Assembly (NCBI GenBank): GCA_001786575.1
Contig: MFRW01000005.1
Span: 23,581 to 87,580 of the forward strand
Origin: Candidatus Moranbacteria bacterium RIFCSPHIGHO2_01_FULL_55_24
GTDB taxonomy: Bacteria; Patescibacteriota; Minisyncoccia; Moranbacterales; UBA1568
Length of the DNA stretch: 64,000 bases
Direction: 5' to 3'
This document shows, piece by piece, positions 1-10,104 of the stretch. The translations under genes were made by a program, and so were the position numbers. Within the stretch, counting starts at the first letter, position 1. The number at the start of each line of letters is the position of its first letter. The notes under the pieces were generated by a model. That model saw only the letters and a list, made by a program, of their open reading frames with translations, made no database searches and had not been told where the DNA came from.

Positions 1-2232
1 TTTTGGGAAGAAGGGCTGAACCCCGAGCAGCTGCGAGCGGTACTCCAGACGGAGGGGCCGGTCTTGATTCTGGCTGGCGCGGGAAGCGGCAAGACCAAGA
101 CGCTGACGCACCGGATCGCGTATCTGATCGCCGAGAAAGGCGTCTCGCCGGTCAACATTCTGGCGGTGACTTTCACCAATAAGGCGGCGCAGGAAATGCG
201 CGAGCGCATCGAACGCTTGCTGGGCTCGGGAGAGGCGGGAACGATTTTCCATGCGGGCTCGCTCCCCCAAGTCGGGACATTCCACAATATCTGCGCCAAG
301 ATCCTGCGGCGCGAAATCGCCGTCTTGGGCTATGGCCAGAGTTTCCATATCCTAGACGATCAGGACCAGCAGGCGGTAGTGAAGCGCGCCATGAAGGAGC
401 TCGAGATAAGCACCGATCAGGTGCGCCCGCGCTCCATCCTCGAGGCCATATCGCGCGCCAAGAACGCCTTCATCGATGAAGAACAGTTCGTGCTCCAGGC
501 CGGAAGCTACTACGAGGAGATCGTCGCGAAGGTCTATGCCCGCTATCAGCGGGAGCTCCGGACCAACAACGCCCTGGATTTCGATGACCTCATCCGCTTG
601 TGCGTGAAGATCTTCCAGGAATACCCGGAAGTCCTCGAGCGCTACCAGAACCTTTTCCGCTACATCATGGTGGACGAATACCAGGACACCAACCATCCCC
701 AGTACCTCTTGATCCACCTGCTCGCCAAGAAACACCGCAATGTCTTCGTGATCGGCGATGATTACCAGTCGATCTACGGCTGGCGTCAGGCGGATATCCG
801 GAACATCCTCGATTTCGAGAAAGACTATCCGGATGCCGCCGTCATCACGCTCGACCGGAACTACCGCTCGACGCAGATCATCCTCGATGCGGCACAGGGC
901 GTGATTTCCAAGAATAGGGACCAGCGCCACAAGAAGCTCTGGACGGAGAGCAAGGAGGGAGAGCTCGTGACGCTCTGCCCCGCGAGCGACGAAGAGGGCG
1001 AAGCGCGCGCCGTCGCGGAAATCGTGCGCGCCGGGAAGGATGTCGGCAGGCGCTTCAGCGACTTCGCGGTCCTCTACCGCACCAATGCCCAATCGCGGGC
1101 GCTGGAAGAGATGTTTCTCCGCACCTCTATCCAGTACCGGATCGTCGGCGGGCTCAAATTCTACCAGCGCAAGGAAGTGAAGGATATGGTGGCGTATGTG
1201 CGTCTCTTGGAGAACCCGCGCGACTTTCTGGCGCTGGAGCGCATCGTGAACGAGCCGAAACGCGGCATCGGCAAGACGACTTTGGCCAAGTGGGAAGCGT
1301 ATGCGCGCGAGCGCGCCGTGAATTTCCTGGACGCAGCGTACCAGATGGGTCCGGACGATGGGCCCAACGAATCCAAGCGCAAGGCGATCAAGGATTTTGC
1401 GGATATTTTCTTGCGTCTCCAGGCCGAGCGCGAAACGCGGCCGGACATGCGCTTAGCGGAACTCCTCTACAAGATCTCCCAGGAGAGCGGCTACATGGAT
1501 GCGCTCGCGGACGGAACGCAGGAAGGCGAGACCCGGCAGGAAAACGTGCGCGAACTCTTTACGGTGGCGGAGAAGTTCCGCACTATGCCGCTCGATGAGG
1601 CGCTTCACAGCTTCCTCGAGGAAGTGGCGCTTTCATCCGATACGGATGAGATCAATGCCGATGCCGATGCAGTCCAGCTGATGACGGTGCATAGCGCGAA
1701 GGGACTGGAGTTCCCTGTGGTCTTCATCGTCGGATTGGAAGAAGGAGTCTTCCCGCATTCGCGGAGCGCGCTTTCGCCGCAAGAGATGGAGGAGGAGCGG
1801 CGCCTCATGTATGTAGCGCTCACGCGAGCCAAGGAGAAACTGTACCTTCTCTATGCTGAAACGCGCATGATTTTCGGAAATACCCAGGTGAACCCGCCAT
1901 CGCGTTTCTTGAGCGAGATTCCCGAACACCTCACGCACGAAACAGAAAAGAAATCTTCCGGCCTGCTCGGCAAGCGCTCGTTCGCGCGCACCCCGTACCG
2001 TTTCGCTTCGCGTCTCAAGGCAGCTTCTGCACCGGCAATGAAAGAGGATTCATCTTCGGAAAAAAGAAAGCCGCTCATGCCGGAAGAAGTACGTCCCGGA
2101 GATATGGTGGAACACCCGCAGTTCGGGTCAGGCCTCATCGTCTCTCTCGACGGAACCCTGGCGACCATCGCCTTCAAGCGCTCGGGAGTGAAGAAAATGA
2201 TGCTTGGCGTCGCGCCGCTCCAGAAGAGCTAA
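1..2232 (+). CDS. pcrA: ATP-dependent DNA helicase PcrA/UvrD (5' end lies before the window)
   Basis: Frame 1 is open from base 1 (FWEEGLNPEQLRAV..., Q motif). Walker A AGAGSGKT, DEYQDTN, GDDYQSIY, NYRST, HSAKGLEF, EERRLMYVALTRA and a C-terminal Tudor-like GDMVEHPQFG domain are present. Confidence 0.96.
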   Translation, partial: FWEEGLNPEQLRAVLQTEGPVLILAGAGSGKTKTLTHRIAYLIAEKGVSPVNILAVTFTNKAAQEMRERIERLLGSGEAGTIFHAGSLPQVGTFHNICAKILRREIAVLGYGQSFHILDDQDQQAVVKRAMKELEISTDQVRPRSILEAISRAKNAFIDEEQFVLQAGSYYEEIVAKVYARYQRELRTNNALDFDDLIRLCVKIFQEYPEVLERYQNLFRYIMVDEYQDTNHPQYLLIHLLAKKHRNVFVIGDDYQSIYGWRQADIRNILDFEKDYPDAAVITLDRNYRSTQIILDAAQGVISKNRDQRHKKLWTESKEGELVTLCPASDEEGEARAVAEIVRAGKDVGRRFSDFAVLYRTNAQSRALEEMFLRTSIQYRIVGGLKFYQRKEVKDMVAYVRLLENPRDFLALERIVNEPKRGIGKTTLAKWEAYARERAVNFLDAAYQMGPDDGPNESKRKAIKDFADIFLRLQAERETRPDMRLAELLYKISQESGYMDALADGTQEGETRQENVRELFTVAEKFRTMPLDEALHSFLEEVALSSDTDEINADADAVQLMTVHSAKGLEFPVVFIVGLEEGVFPHSRSALSPQEMEEERRLMYVALTRAKEKLYLLYAETRMIFGNTQVNPPSRFLSEIPEHLTHETEKKSSGLLGKRSFARTPYRFASRLKAASAPAMKEDSSSEKRKPLMPEEVRPGDMVEHPQFGSGLIVSLDGTLATIAFKRSGVKKMMLGVAPLQKS

Positions 2233-2289
2233 CGTTTGCTTTTTCCTGGGATTTACGGGAAAGTAAAGGATACCTCTGTATTTTTTTCT

Positions 2290-3615
2290 ATGGGCGCGAT
2301 CAAGGTCAATCTGAAGCCGGTACTAGGTGCGATTCTCGTTGCAGGCTTTCTTTTCGCCTCTCTTCCTTGGACTGTCTCTGGCGCCGAAACCACCCAGAAT
2401 CTGGATAAAGCGCTCAAATCAGGGAAGAAAAATATCCAATTTTCCGGGAAAGAGAATGATGATGTGAAGATCCGCAAAGGGGTCGCAGTGATCGGCTCGA
2501 GCCCGGACAAAGCGATCATCAACGGCGACATCGAAATGGAGAACGGTTCGTCGCTTCAGAATGTGACAGTGAACGGGAATGTTGTTCCGATCACGGTCGA
2601 TAAAGGCGCAAGCGTCACCCTCATCAATGTGACGGTACGCGGCGGCAAGGATACGGGCATTTACGCTCCGAAGGGCGGAGGGACGCTTACCGTGAGAAAT
2701 TCACGGATAACCAAGAATCGCAAAGGTCTCTTTATCCTCGAAGGGAAAGCTCTACGGCTTTCCGGCAACCAGATTTCCGGGAACGGCGAGGAGGGCTTGG
2801 ATGTGCATGCGTTCGCGAGCGGTTCTATCGCGGGGAATACGTTTTCGGGAAACGGCGAGGGCGGCGCGGAGATCATCATCAACGGCTCATCGCTTACAGT
2901 TTCCGGAAATACTTTCAATGGAAACAAGTCGAGCGGACTCGCGCTTCAGACATACGGCGGGAGCAGCAAAGCGGGAAAAATTTCTATTAACAATAATACT
3001 TTCGTCGGAAACGGAAATTTCGGCATCGACTGCAAGAACCCGAGCGGCAGCGGGGGTCTCCAATATTTCCGGCAAACGGCGCGGGCAGTCGGGAACAAAT
3101 TTTCAGGGAACGGTCTCGGTCCGATCAGTCAGCGCTGCAGTTTCGGAAACCAGGCAGAAATTCCCAAGGAAGATATCGCGGAGAATGATAGTGAGACCGA
3201 GGAGTCACTGGAGACAGAAGAAGGAGAATTAGCGGAAGAAGCGGAAGTAGAGCAGATGGCTAAGGCAGGATCATTCCCCCAGCCAGGCATAGCAGAGAGC
3301 CTGTTGGTGGCAGCAGCCCGTTTCGAGGAGGATCTCGAAGCGGCGAATACTCCGAAAGCCAAATACGAGCGGGTCGTCTCCGGAGTTGATCGGGCATTCA
3401 TACGGGAAAAAGAGGCCGAACTGGAAGCGCTTCGCTTGGAGAAGAATAGCTGTTACGCCTCCGATGCGCTTGCCCAAAGGGATGCATGCACCGCGGATGA
3501 GGTGCGCATCATCGACGAGACGCTGGACTACGGAGAAATGCTTCTCCGAGAATCCCGAGACCGTTTCGGACTCTTCTCTTGGGAAACCCTTCGGGAAATC
3601 TTCTCTTCACGCTGA
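2290..3615 (+). CDS. Secreted/membrane-anchored right-handed parallel beta-helix protein
   Basis: N-terminal hydrophobic segment, Asn/Gly-rich repeats (ISGNGEEG, FSGNGEGG, FNGNKSSG, FVGNGNFG) and an acidic linker. ATG 2290 preferred over the TTG start at 2236. Confidence 0.75.
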   Translation: MGAIKVNLKPVLGAILVAGFLFASLPWTVSGAETTQNLDKALKSGKKNIQFSGKENDDVKIRKGVAVIGSSPDKAIINGDIEMENGSSLQNVTVNGNVVPITVDKGASVTLINVTVRGGKDTGIYAPKGGGTLTVRNSRITKNRKGLFILEGKALRLSGNQISGNGEEGLDVHAFASGSIAGNTFSGNGEGGAEIIINGSSLTVSGNTFNGNKSSGLALQTYGGSSKAGKISINNNTFVGNGNFGIDCKNPSGSGGLQYFRQTARAVGNKFSGNGLGPISQRCSFGNQAEIPKEDIAENDSETEESLETEEGELAEEAEVEQMAKAGSFPQPGIAESLLVAAARFEEDLEAANTPKAKYERVVSGVDRAFIREKEAELEALRLEKNSCYASDALAQRDACTADEVRIIDETLDYGEMLLRESRDRFGLFSWETLREIFSSR

Positions 3616-3616
3616 A

Positions 3617-4579
3617 TCAAGCTGACTTCTTCCGCTTGGCGTGGAAGGAGCGGTGGACTTCTTTGAGCCGCTCATTGGTGATGTGGGTGTAGACCTGGGT
3701 CGTGGTGATCGAGGCGTGCCCGAGCATCGCCTGGACGCTTCGGATATCGGCGCCATTTATGAGGAGATCGGTGGCGAAACTGTGGCGGAGCGTATGTGGG
3801 TGCACATCCTTCACGATGCCTGCTTTCTTGGCATAGTGCTTCACGAGGCGCTGGACGGTGCGGGGGGTGAGACGTTCCGTATCACGCTCTTTCGCCTTCT
3901 TTGTCTGCAAGCCCTTCTTCGGATAGCCGACGAAGAGCGCCGGGTCGATATCGGTCCGCTTATCGAGATAGGCTTTGAGGGCGAGCCTGGCATCGGGTGA
4001 GAGGAAGACGATACGCAGCTTGCTTCCTTTTCCGCGCACGCTGAATTCCTCCTTGTCGAGATTCACATGGTTCCGGTCGAGACCGATAAGTTCCGATACG
4101 CGGAGCCCGGAAGAGAACAGGAGCTCGACAATAGCGCGATCGCGCAGGCTTTTCGCGTCGATTCCTTGGGTCGCGGCGATGAGGCGCTCTACCTCATCGA
4201 ATTCCAGGAAGTCTACCTGGCGGTCCGGGATCTTGCCGACCTCGACCTTCTCGGCGGCGAGGGTGCTTATGTCCTGTTTGGCCAGGTATTTGAGAAATGT
4301 CCGGATGACGATCGCGTGGTAGGCCTGGGTATTCTTCTTGAGGGTCTCCCCGCGCCCGTTTTCCTTGCGATTCAGGTAGAGGCGGTATTCGCGGACTCGC
4401 CCGAAGGTGATATCTGCCGGGATTACGAGCTCTCCCCACTGGAAAAAATGTGAGAGCACCCTCCCGTAGCTCTCGAGCGTCCGGCGGGAGCGGTTCATCT
4501 CGATTTCCAGGTGGTCCAGGAACTCTTGGGCGAGCCTTTCGAGCTCGGTCCGGGGCTTCTTTTGTTTTTCTTTTTCCAT
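3617..4579 (-). CDS. XerC/XerD-family tyrosine recombinase
   Basis: Catalytic R-K-H-xx-R-H-Y set: SSGLRVSEL, GKGSK, HTLRHSFAT, LGH, TTQVYT. Start 4579 chosen because -10-like boxes lie just upstream; 4597 is the alternative. Confidence 0.93.
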   Translation of the reverse strand: MEKEKQKKPRTELERLAQEFLDHLEIEMNRSRRTLESYGRVLSHFFQWGELVIPADITFGRVREYRLYLNRKENGRGETLKKNTQAYHAIVIRTFLKYLAKQDISTLAAEKVEVGKIPDRQVDFLEFDEVERLIAATQGIDAKSLRDRAIVELLFSSGLRVSELIGLDRNHVNLDKEEFSVRGKGSKLRIVFLSPDARLALKAYLDKRTDIDPALFVGYPKKGLQTKKAKERDTERLTPRTVQRLVKHYAKKAGIVKDVHPHTLRHSFATDLLINGADIRSVQAMLGHASITTTQVYTHITNERLKEVHRSFHAKRKKSA

Positions 4580-4677
4580 GGTAGTATTATGCGACATTAT
4601 TGTAACATGGAGCTCGGCTTTTCTTCATAAGTATGCTTCAAATAAGCCATAAATAAGAAAATTAGCTCTTTTTTTCC

Positions 4678-4706
4678 TTGACGGGAATCGGTCTCGGGGC
4701 TATACT
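4678..4706 (+). promoter_or_regulatory. sigma70-type promoter for the LysM-CHAP gene
   Basis: TTGACG-N17-TATACT. Confidence 0.6.
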
Positions 4707-4790
4707 TACCTTTGTAAAAATTAGGGTAAAAGCCTGATGGGTAGGAAATAAGCTTTTTTCGAAAAGCTCCTATTCTAAAGCTTTTTCCAA

Positions 4791-6071
4791 TTGAAAGGCG
4801 CGATTCATATCCGCAATTTTCACCCGTTTTCCCATCGTGAGAGCGAGCAGGAAAACGATCTTCAGCACGGTACCAAAGGAAAGGAAAAAGTAGCCCTTGG
4901 GGACCGCTTGCATGGTTGGCATACCAAGTCGCACTACCTGCAGAGACGTCTGCTGACCTTCTTGAAGGATGTTTCGGGGTATCGGGTGGTCCGGGTCTTC
5001 CGGAATTACTCGGCTTTTTCTATCGTGGCGTCGAGCGCCCTTCTGGTCTCGGCAAGCAATTTCGCCCAGGGCCAGGATTCTTCCAGCGTTCTTTTGAGCT
5101 ACATCGGCGAAGATACCGCGACTGAAGACACGCTTTCTGCCAAGCATCGGATCGCCGCCCAGAGCGGCAAGAAAGAGAATCTGGCGCTGGTGCCCCTCGC
5201 TGACGCGTCTACGTCTGTCGATCCGGAACAGAAAGACAACACTTCTCTCTTCGATGTCGAAGCGCTGGCTTTCCAGAATCAAGTGATGCTCTCGACCCAG
5301 ACGGTCGATATGGCCAAGGATCCCGAAGAAGAGGGTGGTGTCACGATCTATACCGTCAAATCCGGGGACAATCTCGGCTCGATCGCAGAGAAGCATGGCA
5401 TTACGGTCAATACCATCCTCTGGGCGAACGACTTGGCGAATGCCGACGAGATCAAGCCTGGGGACCAGATCTTCATCCTGCCGGTAGCCGGCCTTTCCCA
5501 TGTGGTGAAGAGCGGCGAAACCATCGACTCTATCGCCAAGGAATACAAGGCCGATGCCGAGAAGATCATCGCTTTCAACAGCCTGCCGGCCAATGGCGAG
5601 CTCAAGATCGGCGACTCGATCATCATTCCGGATGGCAAAAAGGATGCTCCGAAGCCGGCTCCGAGCGATGAAACTGGGCTCGAACGCCGCCAGTATGCGA
5701 CTTCGACCGGCGGAACCGCTACGGATGTTTCCGGCTATCGGAAGCTCGAAGGCAAGGCGGGGGCCGGGCACCGCTTCCCTTACGGCTATTGCACCTGGTA
5801 CGTGGCGCAGAAACGCTATGTGCCATGGGGCGGCAATGCCGGAACCTGGCTCTACAATGCCAAGGCCATGGGCTACAGGACCGGCAAGGCTCCGGCTGTC
5901 GGCTCGATTGTCGTAACGACCGAGAACCGCTACTATGGCCACGTCGCTATAGTAGAGAAGGTGAGCGGCGGGATGATTACCGTGAGCGATATGAACTACG
6001 TGGGCTGGGGCAAAACCAGTCGCCGCACGCTCCCGGCAAATAGCCGCGTCATCAAGGGGTATATCTACTAG
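4791..6071 (+). CDS. LysM-LysM-CHAP peptidoglycan hydrolase
   Basis: Two LysM repeats (YTVKSGDNLGSIA, HVVKSGETIDSIA) and a CHAP domain with catalytic Cys (GYCTWYV) and His (YGHVAIVE). N-terminal hydrophobic stretch; TTG start uncertain. Confidence 0.9.
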   Translation: MKGAIHIRNFHPFSHRESEQENDLQHGTKGKEKVALGDRLHGWHTKSHYLQRRLLTFLKDVSGYRVVRVFRNYSAFSIVASSALLVSASNFAQGQDSSSVLLSYIGEDTATEDTLSAKHRIAAQSGKKENLALVPLADASTSVDPEQKDNTSLFDVEALAFQNQVMLSTQTVDMAKDPEEEGGVTIYTVKSGDNLGSIAEKHGITVNTILWANDLANADEIKPGDQIFILPVAGLSHVVKSGETIDSIAKEYKADAEKIIAFNSLPANGELKIGDSIIIPDGKKDAPKPAPSDETGLERRQYATSTGGTATDVSGYRKLEGKAGAGHRFPYGYCTWYVAQKRYVPWGGNAGTWLYNAKAMGYRTGKAPAVGSIVVTTENRYYGHVAIVEKVSGGMITVSDMNYVGWGKTSRRTLPANSRVIKGYIY

Positions 6072-6101
6072 GTAGATTCCTCATCTAAAGCGTGATTTTC
6101 C

Positions 6102-6127
6102 AGCCCGAGGCTTATCCTCGGGCTTTT
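6102..6127 (+). terminator. Intrinsic terminator
   Basis: AGCCCGAGG-cttat-CCTCGGGCT followed by a T run. Confidence 0.65.
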
Positions 6128-6238
6128 CCGCCTCTTTTATGCTGGAGGGCTTTACAAAAGTCGAAAAATATGCTATAAAGGGGGTACAAAGGTTCTTTTT
6201 CATGCTCTATCATGAGCACCAAGCCAAAGGAGGCTATC

Positions 6239-6562
6239 ATGAAACTGCGTGCAAGCTCATTGAGCGTCATCATTTCTTTCGGCCTCGCTGCAGCTGCTGT
6301 GGCCGGCGGTGCCAGCCTTTCCTCGAAAGATAAGGGTGGTCCTGCTTCTGCACAGAAGATCTCTTTCGTTTACAGCCAGGAAGAAGCAGAAAGGTATCGC
6401 TACAGAAGCGAACACTGTACGGAAGTGAATCAGGGTGTGAATTCTTCCCGGAGATACGGAGAAAAGCCTTCACGCTATGATTCGGATGAACAAGAGAAGT
6501 GCGCGTTCTATCAGGAGATCGAGCTGAAAGGTCTCCCTGTGGAAGCAGCAGTGAGTGAATAG
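6239..6562 (+). CDS. Small secreted hypothetical protein (2 Cys)
   Basis: Strong SD (AAGGAGG) before ATG 6239, signal-peptide-like N terminus, own promoter (TTTACA-N17-TATAAA) and terminator. Confidence 0.7.
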   Translation: MKLRASSLSVIISFGLAAAAVAGGASLSSKDKGGPASAQKISFVYSQEEAERYRYRSEHCTEVNQGVNSSRRYGEKPSRYDSDEQEKCAFYQEIELKGLPVEAAVSE

Positions 6563-6581
6563 GGACGGTCAACACGTCCGT

Positions 6582-6619
6582 AAGGAGGTAACTTGATTCT
6601 TCAAGAGACCTCCTTTTTT
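6582..6619 (+). terminator. Intrinsic terminator
   Basis: AAGGAGGT..CTTGA-ttct-TCAAG..ACCTCCTT followed by TTTT. Confidence 0.6.
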
Positions 6620-6687
6620 CTTTGCTTAACTATGGTATACTTGGTGTTGAGGTGCTCCATATCGGAAGGCGCTTTTCCTGGTTTGCT

Positions 6688-8895
6688 ATGACCATTTTCG
6701 AAAATAAAAAGAAAAGGAACGGAGTTCTCGCGCTAACGCTTGCTTTGATATTCTTTGCAGGCGTTTTTGTATTTTTTGGAGCAGGAATAGTACATGCTGA
6801 ATCAGGATCGGTGGGGTATAACTCTGCTGTGCAACTTGGAGAGGCGGCAGCGAGCAATAGCGGAGGGGGCATGTTTGGATGGATAAGAGATGGCGTGATC
6901 TATGCTTTTAAAACCGTTCTTTACTGGGTTTTTCAATTGATGGGATGGGGGGTGTCCGTGGCGGTCACAATCTTCGGTTGGGCGATCAATCCGGAATACG
7001 TCTCCGGCCCGAACGGTTTCTTCAATCTGCCGGCAGTATATGACATGTGGAAATTCGTGCGAGATTTCCTGAACCTCTTCTTTATTCTCGCGCTCCTTTT
7101 CGCGGCCTTCGCAACGATTTTCCAGATAGACAAGTACAGCTACAAGAAGATCCTCTTGAAACTCGTTATCGCAGCGCTCATGGTGAACTTCAGTTTCCCT
7201 ATCTCCCGAGCGCTCATCGATGTGACGAATGTCCCGATGTATTTTTTCGCGAATTCTTTGATAGCGGATACCAATAATCCGAGCGCAGCTTTTGGGTCAG
7301 CGTTAAGCGCTTCGAAATTAGAGAATATTTTAGTTCCGCCAGCAGCCCAAGATGATCTGGACAAGATTGATACGTCACGATTGCTCGCAGCAATCGTGTT
7401 CATGTTTCTGTTCGCAGTCACGCTTCTGGTGCTGGCTGTGCAGTTTATCATCCGTCTCATCGCGCTTATCATTCTCGTTATTCTTTCGCCGATCGGGTTC
7501 GTGATGCCGGCTGTTCCGGGACTCCAGAAGTATGGAGGGCAATGGTGGGATAATTTCCTGAAGTATGCATTCTTCGGCCCGGCGGCGATGTTCATGCTGG
7601 TGCTTGCGACTCACTTCTTTGATGCTATCGGCGGAGCGAATAGCGGCACGTATAAGAACTTTCAGGCGGCAAGCCAGACTTCTGCTGCTGTCAACAGTGA
7701 CTTCATCGCTTCCATGGCGATGTTCTCCATCCCGATCGTGATGCTCTGGTTCACTATCGGTATTTCCGGGAAATTCGCTATTGCTGGCGCATCGGCCTCT
7801 ACCGCTTGGGGATACAAGGCAGGCAATTGGGGCAAGCGAAAATTATATGACAACCGCATAGGCCGGGGATTGTACCGTGGCGGAAAGAAGGCTGTTAGCG
7901 AAGGGAAGATCGCCGGCTTTGACTACGGGAACAAGAGGCTGGGCAAATATCTGTCGGGCAACTATTGGAAGCAGCCGAGCAAGATTGAAGCTGGTATTGC
8001 CGGCGGTGTCTACGGAGGCAAGGCCGGTGCTCGCCAGGAAATCGATAACGAAAGACATAAAGCCGTACTTAAAAGGGCGAAAGAGATTAAGGAAAGCAAT
8101 GAGAGCAATGAAACGAATAGGATCGGTCTCAAATCTTCGAGTCTGGTCGAAAGACAGGCTCGCGCCCGGGCTTTGGCCGAGGCTGGAGCCATCAAGACTC
8201 CGGAACTTCTCCTCCAGGCTCTCGAAGCCAATAAGGATAATCAGGGAATTGTCGATAAGGAACTGCATGAGTTCGTGCAAGACAAGGCTCATTCCGATGC
8301 CTGGGACGGCGTATCCGACAGGTACAAGAAAGATCCGGAATTCAAGCAGAAATACGATGCAATGGTTGAGAATCCTTCTATGTATCTGCGGGATGAAAAA
8401 ACCGGAAAATATGTCGATCATAATGGCAAAGAAGTTGATGCGGAGAAGAGAGTCGCTAGCAGCGCGCTGGAAGGATTCTATAGCAAGATCAAGAAAGAAG
8501 GCGAACTTCAGGTACGCGTGGATTATGATGCCCAGCAGTTTATGAAGGCAGGCAAGTCCGAGAGTGAAGCCAAGAGCCTGGCGTATGAGAAGCACATCGC
8601 GAAATTGAGCGCTGATGACTTGGCAAAGCAGGGAAGCATACTGTCTGTCCTGAAGAAGATGGATGATAAGGGTGAGCCCAATAAGAATTATGATCCGGAG
8701 CTTGTCGACTACTTCAAAGGTAAAACCAAGGATGACCCGCAGTACTACCAGGAGGCTCTGAAGAAGATGAAGAAGGGGAGCCGTGAAATTTGGCGGCAAG
8801 CGATCGATGGAGTTCAAAAAGAACAAAAGGAGGGACTAAAAGAAGGGTCGCGCGAATGGGCAGAGGCTGAATGGAAAAAGAAGCAAGGGGCTTAA
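6688..8895 (+). CDS. VirB6/TrbL-like polytopic membrane protein of a T4SS-like system, with a long charged C-terminal tail
   Basis: Multiple TM segments with motifs typical of this class (WKFVRDFLNLFFIL, LVIAALMVNFS, RLIALIILVILSPIGF, QWWDNFLKYAFFGP). First gene of the operon containing prgI and virB4. Confidence 0.72.
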   Translation: MTIFENKKKRNGVLALTLALIFFAGVFVFFGAGIVHAESGSVGYNSAVQLGEAAASNSGGGMFGWIRDGVIYAFKTVLYWVFQLMGWGVSVAVTIFGWAINPEYVSGPNGFFNLPAVYDMWKFVRDFLNLFFILALLFAAFATIFQIDKYSYKKILLKLVIAALMVNFSFPISRALIDVTNVPMYFFANSLIADTNNPSAAFGSALSASKLENILVPPAAQDDLDKIDTSRLLAAIVFMFLFAVTLLVLAVQFIIRLIALIILVILSPIGFVMPAVPGLQKYGGQWWDNFLKYAFFGPAAMFMLVLATHFFDAIGGANSGTYKNFQAASQTSAAVNSDFIASMAMFSIPIVMLWFTIGISGKFAIAGASASTAWGYKAGNWGKRKLYDNRIGRGLYRGGKKAVSEGKIAGFDYGNKRLGKYLSGNYWKQPSKIEAGIAGGVYGGKAGARQEIDNERHKAVLKRAKEIKESNESNETNRIGLKSSSLVERQARARALAEAGAIKTPELLLQALEANKDNQGIVDKELHEFVQDKAHSDAWDGVSDRYKKDPEFKQKYDAMVENPSMYLRDEKTGKYVDHNGKEVDAEKRVASSALEGFYSKIKKEGELQVRVDYDAQQFMKAGKSESEAKSLAYEKHIAKLSADDLAKQGSILSVLKKMDDKGEPNKNYDPELVDYFKGKTKDDPQYYQEALKKMKKGSREIWRQAIDGVQKEQKEGLKEGSREWAEAEWKKKQGA

Positions 8896-8913
8896 GAGAA
8901 TTTCAGGATACTT

Positions 8914-10104
8914 ATGGGAGGAAACAAAATAACAAAACGGATTTACTATCCCCTTCTCTCTTCAGAATCTCTGTCGGGAGGGGTTCAGGCTACGGAAGAG
9001 ATGTTGTCCGTATGGGATGCGTTCGATAAGATTGCTCCTGAAAAGCAGGATGTTTTGACGAGCGAAGAAATGCCTCAAAGAATCTCTGATTTTCAGGGCC
9101 AGCTGGGCGTGAGCGACCAGGAAATAGAGAAGTTGAGCATTCTGATCCGCAAGTATTTTTTCGGGACGTTGGATGGAGCGCAGTTTTCCGGAGAAGTTCG
9201 GACTCTTTTCGGCCAAAAAACAGAAGCGGAAAAAGAGAATGCTATAAAATATATCCAAAAAGAAATTTTGGAACTGAAACCGAAACCGAAAATTGTCGAG
9301 AAGGAAAACTTGCAAGAAACCCCGCAGAATAATTCCGTAGTGATATACCCACTTCTCCAAGCGCTTTCCAAATATGAAGGGCTTGGCAACCAGATGGTGA
9401 CGAACGAGCGCATTCACATCAAATCCCAGCCGGAGCCGGTCCGCCCGTCGCTTTTCAATTGGCTCAAATGCTACCGCGATGAGCTCGGTATCGGCCAGCA
9501 CAACAGCGTGCAGCGCGGGCAGTTCCTCTTCCGTTCCGAGAACGGCCGCCGCTTGAATCCCGAGGAGCGCGAGCGTATCAATCTGATACTGAAGTCTGTC
9601 GAAGAGAATTTCCCGCTCCAGATCGATGCACGCCGGCAGGAAATCATCTTCCCGAAGTTCGAGTTCGAGTCGGTCTCGGAGCGCCCGGCCCAGGAATCGA
9701 GAGACGCCTCTCCTCGGATAGAGCTCGCTTTCGGCGGGGCGACCTTCGCCAAAGGCCCGAGTTTCGATGCGCATGGAGAGAATGCAGAGAAAGCACCGGC
9801 ACCGCTTCCTCCTCGGGAAACAAAGAGCTCTGTACCGAACGGCAACCGGTTCACCGTTACGCGCGAGGCTCCGATGGGGAAGCTCCTCGGAGTGAAAGCT
9901 TTCCAAGAGACGGAGGAATCCCCAGCCGGAACCATGAGTTTCTCGTCGAGCCATACGCTCCCGGCAGAACAGGAAGAAAAAGTGCAAGCGACGGGTCAGA
10001 ATCAGGGAGCGAAATTGAAGCCACGGGAGATCAACCCCTTCCATATCCGCCCAGTCAGCCTAGGAGAGGAAAAGAAAAGCCGTAAAGAAACCTCACGCCT
10101 ATGA
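8914..10104 (+). CDS. Hypothetical soluble protein in the T4SS-like operon
   Basis: 396-aa ORF, helical N-terminal half and Pro/Glu-rich C-terminal half; its stop overlaps the prgI start (ATGA). Confidence 0.75.
   Translation: MGGNKITKRIYYPLLSSESLSGGVQATEEMLSVWDAFDKIAPEKQDVLTSEEMPQRISDFQGQLGVSDQEIEKLSILIRKYFFGTLDGAQFSGEVRTLFGQKTEAEKENAIKYIQKEILELKPKPKIVEKENLQETPQNNSVVIYPLLQALSKYEGLGNQMVTNERIHIKSQPEPVRPSLFNWLKCYRDELGIGQHNSVQRGQFLFRSENGRRLNPEERERINLILKSVEENFPLQIDARRQEIIFPKFEFESVSERPAQESRDASPRIELAFGGATFAKGPSFDAHGENAEKAPAPLPPRETKSSVPNGNRFTVTREAPMGKLLGVKAFQETEESPAGTMSFSSSHTLPAEQEEKVQATGQNQGAKLKPREINPFHIRPVSLGEEKKSRKETSRL

Noticed and set aside
4570-4610. Possible dif site beside the xer gene (TTATGCGACAT resembles a XerC arm)
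   Set aside because: Only one arm is present, with no matching arm 6 bp away, and it overlaps the likely -10 box; at most an autoregulatory half-site
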